Positions 1 through 9,005 of a stretch of 64,000 bases of DNA are shown piece after piece. The DNA is taken from positions 352,001 to 416,000 of the forward strand of contig CBDCKN010000015.1 of assembly GCA_965218295.1 (NCBI GenBank), written 5' to 3'. Every line of letters begins with the position of its first letter. The stretch's first letter is position 1. A model generated the notes under the pieces. The model was given only the letters and a program-made list of their open reading frames with translations. It ran no database searches and was not told the origin of the DNA. Origin of the DNA: Longimicrobiales bacterium (GTDB lineage Bacteria > Gemmatimonadota > Gemmatimonadetes > Longimicrobiales > Gaopeijiaceae). The position numbers were made by a program, and so were the translations under genes.

Positions 1-261
1 TCGCCTCCAGCAACCTCCTCAGGATGTCGGCCTGCTCGTCCAGATATCCGAAGAGCACCACGGTCTCGGGGTGACGGCGCCCTTCGGCGGCACGACGGAT
101 CTCGTCCACCATGATCCCGGCTGCCTCGCCGAAGTCGAAGCGCGGTGGATGGCGCCCGCGACGCCAGCGCCCAGCAGGAGGTGGTTGTTGGCCGCATTTA
201 CAACGGCGTCACCGTCGAACGTGGAGATGTCGCCCTGCTCGACAATGATGCGGACCGACAT
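1..261 (-). pseudogene. Macro domain (ADP-ribose binding/hydrolase) protein with internal deletion and frameshift; 3' end runs off the window
   Basis: ATG at 261 gives [41 protein letters not shown] (GDI, VNAAN and GVAGAI macro motifs). At ~140 a different frame reads [16 protein letters not shown]...ETVVLFGY, which resembles the macro C-terminal helix and strand. The middle of the domain is missing. Confidence 0.75.
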
Positions 262-296
262 GGACTCCGGAGAAGGAAAGAGGGGGTCGAAGGCTT

Positions 297-488
297 CTAC
301 TCTTCTGGCTGCTCTTCTGCGCGCCAGATCACCATCTGCCGTTGGCCGTCCGATGTCTCTTCCACTCGAACGGTCAAGGCGTCTCCCGCGGCCAGTTTCA
401 GGGTGTCCCGGAGATCCTGAGGGATCGTGATCCGTCCCCCGACCCCGATGGTCATGTCCGCGTATAAGAGCGTACGATAGATGGCCAT
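297..488 (-). CDS. AbrB/MazE/SpoVT-fold DNA-binding protein
   Basis: 63 aa with pattern [35 protein letters not shown] Shine-Dalgarno just upstream of the ATG. Confidence 0.75.
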   Translation of the reverse strand: MAIYRTLLYADMTIGVGGRITIPQDLRDTLKLAAGDALTVRVEETSDGQRQMVIWRAEEQPEE

Positions 489-664
489 CCGGCCTCCTCA
501 TGGTTAGTCAACAACAGGCGAAATTTATAGAGTTTGGGGGTGGCGGCAACCGCTCTTCCCCATCGGCCGAGGAGCGGTGAAGAAGCGTAGCCACCCGCCC
601 GTGGGGGGGAGGAAACGGCCGAAAGCCGCATCTATGGCCTATGCGTCCTAGGCCTTCCGTCGGT

Positions 665-970
665 TCACTCCTCCTCGGGGAGCAGGGACCGTAGGAGCCC
701 CTGAAGCTGGTGGTCCCCGAACGCCCGGGCCTTCCGGACCGCCTCTTCGTACGAGTCCTCGATGATGATCGTGGTTGTGCGGCGGGCGGCTTCCTCGCCC
801 TCGTTGTCGGTCGGCGAAAAACACAGAAGGCCGCGGTAGCTCGAGGGCCGTCGGGGGTCGTCGCTGAACTCCAGGTAGACCTCCCAGAAACGGCCATCGT
901 GGCTGATGGTCGCCAGATGCTGTCCGTTGGAAGGGGGTGGCGGCCTCGGAGGGTCGGTCGGGGTCGTCAT
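665..970 (-). CDS. Hypothetical protein
   Basis: 101 aa ORF with protein-like composition (HLATISHDGRFWEVYLEF...), co-directional with neighbours. Confidence 0.65.
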   Translation of the reverse strand: MTTPTDPPRPPPPSNGQHLATISHDGRFWEVYLEFSDDPRRPSSYRGLLCFSPTDNEGEEAARRTTTIIIEDSYEEAVRKARAFGDHQLQGLLRSLLPEEE

Positions 971-1003
971 GATACGAAAACTAGCATCACCCCTACCGCT
1001 TCG

Positions 1004-3052
1004 CTACGAGAGGGCAGAGGGAGACGTCAGCACTGATTCACTCCGAAGGGCCCGACGCACGGCGGTCAATGCGGTCCTCATCTCCTCCTGGTCGGAATCG
1101 TCCAGGGTCTGGCCGCCGAACCGGGACCGGAGGTAGGTGGTAACGAGGCTGTGAGCGGGTCGATACGCGGGGTGCCTCCGACGAGCGAGCTCGTCGACCA
1201 ATGTGAGAGGTGCCAAACCGTCGCCCGGAACGAGCCCTGCTCTGCGGCAGCTCTCGCGCAACTTGAGGTAGAGGCGCGTCTCCGGTCCGGCATGGGACGA
1301 ACTCCGGCGCATCCAGTAGACGCCGAACGCGAGGGCGAGGGCCATGAGGATCCCCCAAAACATTGCTGCGGGGTCTCTAGAGGGGCGGCCGTCGATGGCC
1401 TGGCCGCCCGGCTCATCCCGGCGGAAGAGCTCAGAGACCCGGAGGAGCAGGCCCGACTGGGACTCTTGGTCGTAGTCGAGGATCCACTTGTTCCAACGGT
1501 GCTGGAGCACGTCCAAGAGGAACCGGCCCGGCCAGAGCCAAGAGGTCAGCGCCTCCGACGACCCCGCGCCGGCGGGCGTGGGGTCGAAGGGAACCCATCC
1601 GAATCCGGGAAACCACACCTCCACCCATGAGTGAGCCTCGTTCTGGGTCACGGCCAGGTACTGCCCGAAGTCGTTCCACTGACCACCGAGGAAGCCGTTT
1701 ACCTCTCGGGCGTGGATCCCCAGGGTGCGCAACAACACGACCATAGCCGTCGAGAAGTACTCACAGTGGCCCTCCCGCCGATCGAAGAGGAAGTACTCGA
1801 GCGTGGCCTGCCGTGCCGAGCGGGGCAGGTCGAGGGTGTATCCGAACTCGTTGTGGAGGAACTCCTCTATAGCGACGGCACGGTCGTAGTTGTTGTCGAG
1901 CCCCTGTGTCAGGGAACGCGCCAGGTCTCGGGTCCGCTGCGAGACGCGAGGCAGCTGAGTGAAGTGGGTCCGGGCCGGGGCGAACCCCGATCTGGCGGCG
2001 CGCAGGGCCTCGGACTCGGGCCGTCCGTCCACCGAGACCGCTTCGTACGAGGGGCTCCCTGAGCCCCAGTAGATATGGTCCCCGGCGTTGTCGAAGAGTG
2101 GCTGGATGCGCGGATTGTCGGAGCGCACTCCAAGGAGGGGGTGGAGAGCGAAAAGGACACGAACGTCCAGCGGAGCCGCGTAGATCTTCTGGCGGACCCG
2201 GTCCGGGTTCCACGCCTCGTACCAGCGCTCCATGCCGAGAGATGGAGGCAGTGACGCGGTGCGACTCCAGCGGACACCGTCGAAGCGGTCGTAGGAGCGC
2301 CCTCTCCAGTGGAGCCCTCCCACGTTGGCGGGCCGTCCGTCCGGAAATTCCACCCGCAAGACGATCGCGGGGTTGGGGTAGATCCGGGAGCCGTGGCTTC
2401 CGAGGGAGACCTGGTCGCTGAAGCCGGCGATGGAGGTGGCCAGAACGTCACCCCGGGACGCCCAGCCCCGCGAGAACCTGGGAAACGCGACGAAGACGAC
2501 CCCGCTCATCATGAGCGTGGCTCCGGAAAGGCCCGCCATGCCCATCAAGAACTTCCGCTCCAGCACGAGCTCACGCCCTCCCCTCGCGTCGGCCTGTCGA
2601 TGCAGGTGACCGACCATGAGGGCCACTGTGGCGAGGGCGATATAGCTTACGAAGGCCAGTGCGAAGAGTACCCCGGGGCGGTATGCGGTCGATGCCAGGA
2701 GGAGCGCGAAGGTGAGCGCGTACAGGCGTGCGTCGTTCGGTGCGTCGAGGGACCTCAAGGCCTCCGCACTGAGAAGGAGCAACAGAAGGTCCACCACCGG
2801 GATCACCACGTCGTCGCCGACGACGAAGACGTGATAGAGGGAGCGAACGACCAAGATCCCGGCCAGGGGTAGCCAGAACTGCTCCAACCTGAGCGAGAGC
2901 TCATGATCGGGCTGCCATACGAAGGCGAGGATGAGGGCGATGGCCGCGAGGACCGCGCTGGTGGGCTCGAAGCCAGCGCCACCGGCAAAAGCGAGAAGGG
3001 CCACGAGGCCCATGCCGACCACCAGACGACGGTGGAGCAGCTGAAGCCTCAT
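1004..3052 (-). CDS. Transglutaminase-like (TgpA/DUF3488) membrane protein
   Basis: N-terminal TM helices and a Cys-His-Asp triad: GHCEYFSTAM, EAHSWVEVW, FDPTP. Confidence 0.9.
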   Translation of the reverse strand: MRLQLLHRRLVVGMGLVALLAFAGGAGFEPTSAVLAAIALILAFVWQPDHELSLRLEQFWLPLAGILVVRSLYHVFVVGDDVVIPVVDLLLLLLSAEALRSLDAPNDARLYALTFALLLASTAYRPGVLFALAFVSYIALATVALMVGHLHRQADARGGRELVLERKFLMGMAGLSGATLMMSGVVFVAFPRFSRGWASRGDVLATSIAGFSDQVSLGSHGSRIYPNPAIVLRVEFPDGRPANVGGLHWRGRSYDRFDGVRWSRTASLPPSLGMERWYEAWNPDRVRQKIYAAPLDVRVLFALHPLLGVRSDNPRIQPLFDNAGDHIYWGSGSPSYEAVSVDGRPESEALRAARSGFAPARTHFTQLPRVSQRTRDLARSLTQGLDNNYDRAVAIEEFLHNEFGYTLDLPRSARQATLEYFLFDRREGHCEYFSTAMVVLLRTLGIHAREVNGFLGGQWNDFGQYLAVTQNEAHSWVEVWFPGFGWVPFDPTPAGAGSSEALTSWLWPGRFLLDVLQHRWNKWILDYDQESQSGLLLRVSELFRRDEPGGQAIDGRPSRDPAAMFWGILMALALAFGVYWMRRSSSHAGPETRLYLKLRESCRRAGLVPGDGLAPLTLVDELARRRHPAYRPAHSLVTTYLRSRFGGQTLDDSDQEEMRTALTAVRRALRSESVLTSPSALS

Positions 3053-4221
3053 CCGGCACGCCTTTCCGGCTCAGCGGCCGGGGACGAAGGCCCCGAGGCG
3101 TCGTCTAACCACCTGCCGGAAGGCACGTAAGCTCCGTACGAGGAGCGCCCAGCTCCGGAGATGGACACGAGAACGCAGCTGACAGGATCCGTGGGGGGAG
3201 CCAGACGGGGGCCGGATCGCTGGAAGTCCACTCTCGCGAGCACGTCCAACACGCGCTCGAGCTGCCCCGACCCAGTGCCGGCATCCACGTAGCCCGTCGG
3301 GGTGGCCAGGGCGAACCGCCTACCCTCTTGAAAGGCCCGGGCCAGCAGTGACGCGGCGGTCTCCAGCGCTCCCTCGGCCCGATCCCCCGGCTCATCCCGG
3401 GTGTCGAGGCAGATCCAGATCGTTTCGGTGGCGTCCTGATCGTACTCCCGCACCACCGGCTTCCCGGTCCTGGCCGTGGATCGCCAGTGGATGTCGCGCG
3501 GGTCGTCGCCGGGCCGGTACTCCCGGAGACCCCGGTACTCGCCTCGGGCCCCGAGCGTCATACCGCTCACGTCCGAGAAGCGAGGCCGGCTGCTTGCTCC
3601 TGGAGGCGCCGGAAGGGCCACGGGGCGGTCCGCCCTGGGCCAGATCACGAGCTCGCCGGGAAGCGCGATGTCACGCTCCTTGGTGAAGAGGCCGAAGGGA
3701 AACGCGGTCGACAGGGTGAGTGCTTTGAGCGGGTAGATTCCTCGTCGGATGAAGTGGTTCTCAGACCGGACCGTGATCGATTCACCGGCATCGAGTCGGG
3801 CGATGCACGCGGATCCGGGCAGGCCCTCCTCGATGAGATAGACGGCCAGAGTGGGAAGCCGGAGTTTACCATTCGTCACGTGGTACGTGATGCGAACCGT
3901 CTTCCCCACCGTGACCCCCCGGGGAATCCATCTCCTCACCTCCAGGCCCCGGAGGGCCTGCTCCGAGAGCCAGCCCGAGAGAGCGATGAAGCCAAGCATG
4001 GCTCCCAGCAGGAGATAGAGCAGGTTGTTTCCGGTGTTGACCGCAGCGAATCCGATGGCAAAGGCCCCCGCCGTGAAGACAGCTCCTCCAGTGGTGAAGC
4101 GGATGCGACGCCACGCGCGCAGGCGTCGCCAGGTGTCTCGCAGGATCGTGGGGAGAGCGGCCAAAGGCTCTAGGAAGTTCATCCGTCGGCGCTCCGTGGG
4201 TGGCTCGCGGACCTCCGGCAC
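3049..4221 (-). CDS. DUF58 domain protein
   Basis: AAVNTGNNLLYL and GEYRGLREYRPGDDPRDIHWRSTAR motifs; lies between MoxR and the transglutaminase. Confidence 0.9.
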   Translation of the reverse strand: MPEVREPPTERRRMNFLEPLAALPTILRDTWRRLRAWRRIRFTTGGAVFTAGAFAIGFAAVNTGNNLLYLLLGAMLGFIALSGWLSEQALRGLEVRRWIPRGVTVGKTVRITYHVTNGKLRLPTLAVYLIEEGLPGSACIARLDAGESITVRSENHFIRRGIYPLKALTLSTAFPFGLFTKERDIALPGELVIWPRADRPVALPAPPGASSRPRFSDVSGMTLGARGEYRGLREYRPGDDPRDIHWRSTARTGKPVVREYDQDATETIWICLDTRDEPGDRAEGALETAASLLARAFQEGRRFALATPTGYVDAGTGSGQLERVLDVLARVDFQRSGPRLAPPTDPVSCVLVSISGAGRSSYGAYVPSGRWLDDASGPSSPAAEPERRAG

Positions 4222-4227
4222 ACCGCG

Positions 4228-5199
4228 CTACACCGGGACCGCTACGTCCTCGAGGATCTCGTCGACGATCGCTCCGGCCTCCTCGTGGGCCTCGTGAGTG
4301 GCCGCCGTGGCTCCTATGGGAAGGATCCGATGGGCCAGGCATGGGCCTGCAAGATGCTGAATGTCACTCGGCACCAGGAAGTCCCGGCCACTCAGAAGAG
4401 CGTAAGCCCTCGAAGCCCTGAACAGGCCGATGGCTCCTCGCGGGCTGACCCCCATGCGGAGACGTGGCTCGATCCGCGTGCGTCGAACGATCTCCATCAG
4501 GTAGCCCATGAGGGAGTCCTCGGTCCGGACCTCGGCGACCTGGTTTTGGAGCGTTAAAACCTCGCCCGGCGTGAGAACCGCCTTGATGCGCCGCTCCCAG
4601 GCGCCCTCTTCCGTGGACTCCTGGAGAATCCGACGCTCCGCCGCCTCCCCCGGGTAGCCGATGGTGATGCGCATGAGGAAGCGATCGACTTGGCTCTCGG
4701 GGAGGGGATAAGTCCCATGATGCTCGAGAGGGTTTTGGGTGGCCATCACCATGAAGGGCTGCGGGAGCTGGAACGTCGTGTCGTCCAAGCTCACTTCGCC
4801 TTCCTCCATGGCCTGTAGGAGCCCGCTCTGGGTTCGAGGCGGGGCACGGTTGATCTCGTCGGCCAGAACCATGTTCGTGAAGATGGGTCCAGGCCTCGTC
4901 TCGAACTCCGATGTGCGCGGATTATAGATCGACACACCCAGAACGTCCGAGGGCAGCAGGTCGCTCGTGAACTGGATCCGGCGGAACGAGAGACCGACGG
5001 CTGTCGCGAGTGCGTGGGCAAGCGTCGTCTTACCCACACCGGGGACATCCTCGAAGAGGATGTGTCCGCGGGCCAGAAGGGCCGACACGGCGAGTCGCAC
5101 GACCTCTTCCTTGCCGTGAAAGACCTGCTCCACCTCGCCGATCAGACGCTCGACCAAGTCGACGGTAGGTAGTGTGTCCCTGATGGCTGTCGTGTCCAC
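4228..5199 (-). CDS. moxR: MoxR family AAA+ ATPase
   Basis: Walker A DVPGVGKTT, RIQFTSDLLPSD, Walker B LADEINRA, ATQNP, YPLPESQVDRF; start approximate. Confidence 0.92.
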   Translation of the reverse strand: MDTTAIRDTLPTVDLVERLIGEVEQVFHGKEEVVRLAVSALLARGHILFEDVPGVGKTTLAHALATAVGLSFRRIQFTSDLLPSDVLGVSIYNPRTSEFETRPGPIFTNMVLADEINRAPPRTQSGLLQAMEEGEVSLDDTTFQLPQPFMVMATQNPLEHHGTYPLPESQVDRFLMRITIGYPGEAAERRILQESTEEGAWERRIKAVLTPGEVLTLQNQVAEVRTEDSLMGYLMEIVRRTRIEPRLRMGVSPRGAIGLFRASRAYALLSGRDFLVPSDIQHLAGPCLAHRILPIGATAATHEAHEEAGAIVDEILEDVAVPV

Positions 5200-5300
5200 C
5201 AAATCCCAACTCCCGTCCGGGTTCTCCGGGGCTTCTTCTGGGGGGAAAAAGTATAACACTCACGCGGAGAAAAAGGTTCTTTCTGACCCCTATCGGAGCG

Positions 5301-5329
5301 TTGACACGGCCCTGAGGCTCCGGTAGCTT
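5301..5329 (+). promoter_or_regulatory. Sigma70-type promoter of the act operon
   Basis: TTGACA-17 nt-TAGCTT about 60 nt upstream of the actA ATG. Confidence 0.55.
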
Positions 5330-5389
5330 CCTGCCGTTTCAGACAGACGACTCTTGCTCCCACCCACCCCCATCCGGGCGGCAGGACTT

Positions 5390-5941
5390 ATGACGAAGCG
5401 ATGGATAGTTGCATCGATCGTCGCGCTCGCCACCCTGGGCTCTCTGGCCTTCGCTCGGACCCGGGACAGCAGTGCGGCGCAGGAATCGGAAGCACCGGGC
5501 GGGGCGGCTAGCGCCTTCGTCCAACCAATCGCTTTTCCTCATAACATCCACGCCGGAGTGGACCGGATCGACTGCCAGTATTGTCACTTTTCGGCAGAGC
5601 GATCGGTGGACGCCGGGATCCCCCCAGTCAGAACCTGCATCGGTTGCCATCAGATTATCGGTGGAACCGATGAGCGGCAGCAGGCCGAGATCCAGAAGGT
5701 TCGCGACTACTGGACCAATCAGGAGCCGATTCCGTGGGTGCGGATCTACAAGGTCGCCGACCACGTCCGCTTCCCACACATGAGGCATGTCGCGGCTGGC
5801 GTCGATTGCGCCACCTGCCACGGGGAGGTTCAGGAGATGGGGGTGCTGGAGGAGGTGAACCAGCCTCTTGCCATGGGCTGGTGCGTGACCTGTCACGTCG
5901 AGCGCGGCGTGTCCAGGGACTGCTCAGTTTGCCACTACTGA
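5390..5941 (+). CDS. actA: Alternative complex III pentaheme cytochrome c subunit ActA
   Basis: N-terminal TM; five CxxCH motifs (CQYCH, CIGCH, CATCH, CVTCH, terminal CSVCHY); QPIAFPH and MGWC motifs. Confidence 0.88.
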   Translation: MTKRWIVASIVALATLGSLAFARTRDSSAAQESEAPGGAASAFVQPIAFPHNIHAGVDRIDCQYCHFSAERSVDAGIPPVRTCIGCHQIIGGTDERQQAEIQKVRDYWTNQEPIPWVRIYKVADHVRFPHMRHVAAGVDCATCHGEVQEMGVLEEVNQPLAMGWCVTCHVERGVSRDCSVCHY

Positions 5942-5957
5942 TTCCAGGACCAATTCA

Positions 5958-8900
5958 ATGAGCGACGGGCTGAAGAGACGCGAGTTCCTGAAGGTTCTGG
6001 GCGTCAGCGGAGCGGGTGCCGGCGTGGTGGGCTGCTCGACAGAGAGCGTCGAGCGCCTGATTCCGTACGTGGTTCCCCCCGAAGAGATCACCCCTGGCGT
6101 CGCCACGTGGTACACGTCGGTGTGTGGCGAATGTGAGGCGGGATGCGGGATTTGGGTCCGCACCATGGAAGGCCGCGTCGTGAAGGTCGAGGGGAATCCC
6201 GACCATCCCGTCTCGGGCGGGGCCCTCTGCTCCAGAGGACACTCGAGCATCCAGGGGCTCTACAATCCCGACCGCTTCACGGGGCCCATGATTCGACAGA
6301 ATGGCCGGCTCCAGCCCATCTCGTGGGACGAGGCGGAGCAGATGCTGGCGGACCGTATTTCGTCAGAGGGACAGCATCTCCTGCTTACAGGATTCGCCGG
6401 GCCCTCGTTGATGGCGCTCTTCGAGGAGTTCGCCGGAGCCACAGGCGGCGGAGTCGTCCGCTACGACACGCTGGCCGAGGCGCCACTTCGCGAGGCCGGC
6501 CGGATCGCCTTCAGGGCCAACGTGGTGCCCTGGTACGATATCGGAGAGGCTCGCCTCCTGGTCTCGTTCGGTGCCGACTTCCTCGAGAGCTGGCTCTCGC
6601 CCGTGCGGGACGCGCGGGGCTTCGCTCGCATGAGCGGGGTGGATGAGCAGGGCAGGAAGGGGCGCTTCGTCTTCATCGGCTCCCGGCTCTCTCTGACGGG
6701 CCAGAACGCCGACGAGTGGCTTCCTATCCAGCCGGGAAGCGAGGCACTCGTGGCGCTCGCCATGGCGAACGTCATCTCCGGAGCCGGCGCTGGCGCCGGC
6801 CCATATAGAGACATCGTCAACGCCTACACCCCCGAGAACGTCGCGGACGCCACCGGTATCTCGGCCGAGAGCATCCGCGAGCTGGCCCTCCGGTTTTCCG
6901 AGGCGGAGCCTAGCCTGGCTCTGGGCCCGGGTGTCGCAGGACAACACCGGAACGCCACGGCCGCTAACCTGGCCGTGACCGTTCTCAATGCCGTAGCCGG
7001 CAACGTGGGCAGGACGGTGCACTACAACACGCCCCAGCTAAACGCCCCCGCCTTCGGCTATGCGGGAGTGCAGCGGATCATGCAGCTGATCGGCCGGGGA
7101 GCCATAGGGACGTTGCTGGTCCACGACAGCAATCCGATGTACTCGCTGCCGGCGTCGTCGGGCTTTCGACAGGCTCTCGAGAGCGTGCCCTTCAAGGTGT
7201 CCTTCGCGTCGGCTCCCGACGAGACGGCGGCCCTTGCCGACCTGATCCTCCCGGACCGGCACTTCCTGGAGTCCTGGGGCGATTCGGCCATCCGACCAGG
7301 CCTTTGGGCGCTGCAGCAGCCGGCCATGCAGCCTGTGCCCCACTTCGACTCCAGACCGACGGGGGACGTGCTCCTCTCGGTCGCCGCACACATGGGGCGG
7401 GACCTCGGCTCGGCCACCCTCTATGACCGGCTGCGCACGCGTTGGCAGGCCGTCGCCGCTTCGGCGGGAGCCACCGACTCTGATGCATTCTGGCACGAGG
7501 CGCTGAAGTCTGGGGTGGTGAATATCGGATCCGGCCTTGCTGGCGTGTCACAAACGCTCCGGCAGCCAGATCGCGCGCTGGTCTTCGATCCGCCGGACTT
7601 CGACGGCCGTGGCGACCTGCACCTGATGGTGTATCCGTCGTCGCGCTTCGGGGATGGAGCCCTGAACTCCAACCGGCCGTGGCTGCACGAGCTGCCCGAT
7701 CCCGTCAGCAAGATCACCTGGCACTCCTGGGTGGAGATGCACCCGAGCCGCGCCGAGTCCATGGGGCTCAAGGACGGTGACCTGGTGATCCTCTCCACGG
7801 ACCACGGCCGCGTGGAAGTGCCGGTTTGGATCTACCCGGGCATCCGCGAGAACGTGGTGGCCGTACCCATGGGAGGGGGCCACGACCGTGCCGGGCGCTT
7901 CAGCGACGGAAACGGCGTGAATCCCCTCGACTTGCTGCCGACCGAAGCCGAAGCGCTGTCGGGCGGTCTGGTTCACTTCGCCACCAAGGTCCTGGTGACG
8001 CCCACCGGCCGGCGCAGGCCCTTGGCCTCCATCGCGGGCTCGGACTCGCAGAGCAATCGTCCCATCACTCCGGCGGTGGCTCTGAGCGCGCTGGCCGGCG
8101 AGGCCGAGCAGGCCGAGGAAGGGGACGCGCACGGTCCGCTGAAGGAGCTGCAGGGGGTCGGTGGCTTCGTTCCGGTCGAGACCGAGGGCCGTCCCGAGGA
8201 TTTCCCTCTGGAGGGAGCCCGGCACGGCGAGTACGGTGATCCGGAGGAACCTCGGTGGGCCATGACCATCGACCTCGACAAGTGCACGGGGTGTAGCGCT
8301 TGCGTGACGGCGTGTCAGTCCGAAAACAACGTGGCATGGGTCGGAGAGAATCAGGTGACCATGGGCCGCGACATGGGGTGGATCCGCCTGGAGCGCTACT
8401 ACGAGGCCGTGGACGCGAGTCACGCCGGACCGTTGGACGTGCGCTTCCTGCCCATGATCTGCCAGCACTGCGGCAACGCGCCGTGCGAGCCCGTCTGCCC
8501 CGTCTTCGCTACGTACCACACGCCGGACGGGATCAACACCCAGGTCTACAACCGCTGCGTCGGAACCCGGTACTGTCTGAACAACTGCCCCTACAAGGTC
8601 CGGGTCTTCAACTGGTACACCTACACGGATGAAGAGCCGGTGCGGGAGGGCCTGGGACACGCTCCGGAGCCTCTCAACTGGGCGTTCAACCCGGATGTGA
8701 CGGTGCGCGAGAACGGCATCATGGAGAAGTGCTCCTTCTGCATCCATCGTATCCGCAATGTGCAGAACCGGGTGGCCGTCGAGGGAAGCACCCTGCGGGA
8801 CGGCGATGTCATCCCGGCCTGTCAACAGAGCTGTCCGGCCGAGGCCATCGTCTTCGGCAACATCCGTGATCCTCGCTCCCGGGTGGCCCAGTCGGTCCAG

Positions 8901-9005
8901 AGCGAGAGGGTCTATCGAGTGCTGGACGAGATGCTCAACACCCAACCAGCGGTGAGCTACTTGAAGAAGGTGACGTTCCACGACGTGGAATCGAGAGAGC
9001 ACTGA
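5958..9005 (+). CDS. actB: Alternative complex III subunit ActB (molybdopterin-oxidoreductase-like domain fused to Fe-S domain)
   Basis: Tat motif KRREFLK and lipobox-like VVGC; C-terminal Cys clusters CTGCSACVTAC, CQHCGNAPCEPVC, CVGTRYCLNNC, CSFC...ACQQSC. Confidence 0.9.
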   Translation: MSDGLKRREFLKVLGVSGAGAGVVGCSTESVERLIPYVVPPEEITPGVATWYTSVCGECEAGCGIWVRTMEGRVVKVEGNPDHPVSGGALCSRGHSSIQGLYNPDRFTGPMIRQNGRLQPISWDEAEQMLADRISSEGQHLLLTGFAGPSLMALFEEFAGATGGGVVRYDTLAEAPLREAGRIAFRANVVPWYDIGEARLLVSFGADFLESWLSPVRDARGFARMSGVDEQGRKGRFVFIGSRLSLTGQNADEWLPIQPGSEALVALAMANVISGAGAGAGPYRDIVNAYTPENVADATGISAESIRELALRFSEAEPSLALGPGVAGQHRNATAANLAVTVLNAVAGNVGRTVHYNTPQLNAPAFGYAGVQRIMQLIGRGAIGTLLVHDSNPMYSLPASSGFRQALESVPFKVSFASAPDETAALADLILPDRHFLESWGDSAIRPGLWALQQPAMQPVPHFDSRPTGDVLLSVAAHMGRDLGSATLYDRLRTRWQAVAASAGATDSDAFWHEALKSGVVNIGSGLAGVSQTLRQPDRALVFDPPDFDGRGDLHLMVYPSSRFGDGALNSNRPWLHELPDPVSKITWHSWVEMHPSRAESMGLKDGDLVILSTDHGRVEVPVWIYPGIRENVVAVPMGGGHDRAGRFSDGNGVNPLDLLPTEAEALSGGLVHFATKVLVTPTGRRRPLASIAGSDSQSNRPITPAVALSALAGEAEQAEEGDAHGPLKELQGVGGFVPVETEGRPEDFPLEGARHGEYGDPEEPRWAMTIDLDKCTGCSACVTACQSENNVAWVGENQVTMGRDMGWIRLERYYEAVDASHAGPLDVRFLPMICQHCGNAPCEPVCPVFATYHTPDGINTQVYNRCVGTRYCLNNCPYKVRVFNWYTYTDEEPVREGLGHAPEPLNWAFNPDVTVRENGIMEKCSFCIHRIRNVQNRVAVEGSTLRDGDVIPACQQSCPAEAIVFGNIRDPRSRVAQSVQSERVYRVLDEMLNTQPAVSYLKKVTFHDVESREH

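Noticed and set aside
1004..5199. MoxR-DUF58-transglutaminase trio as a novel system
   Set aside because: This is a well-known, widespread gene module.
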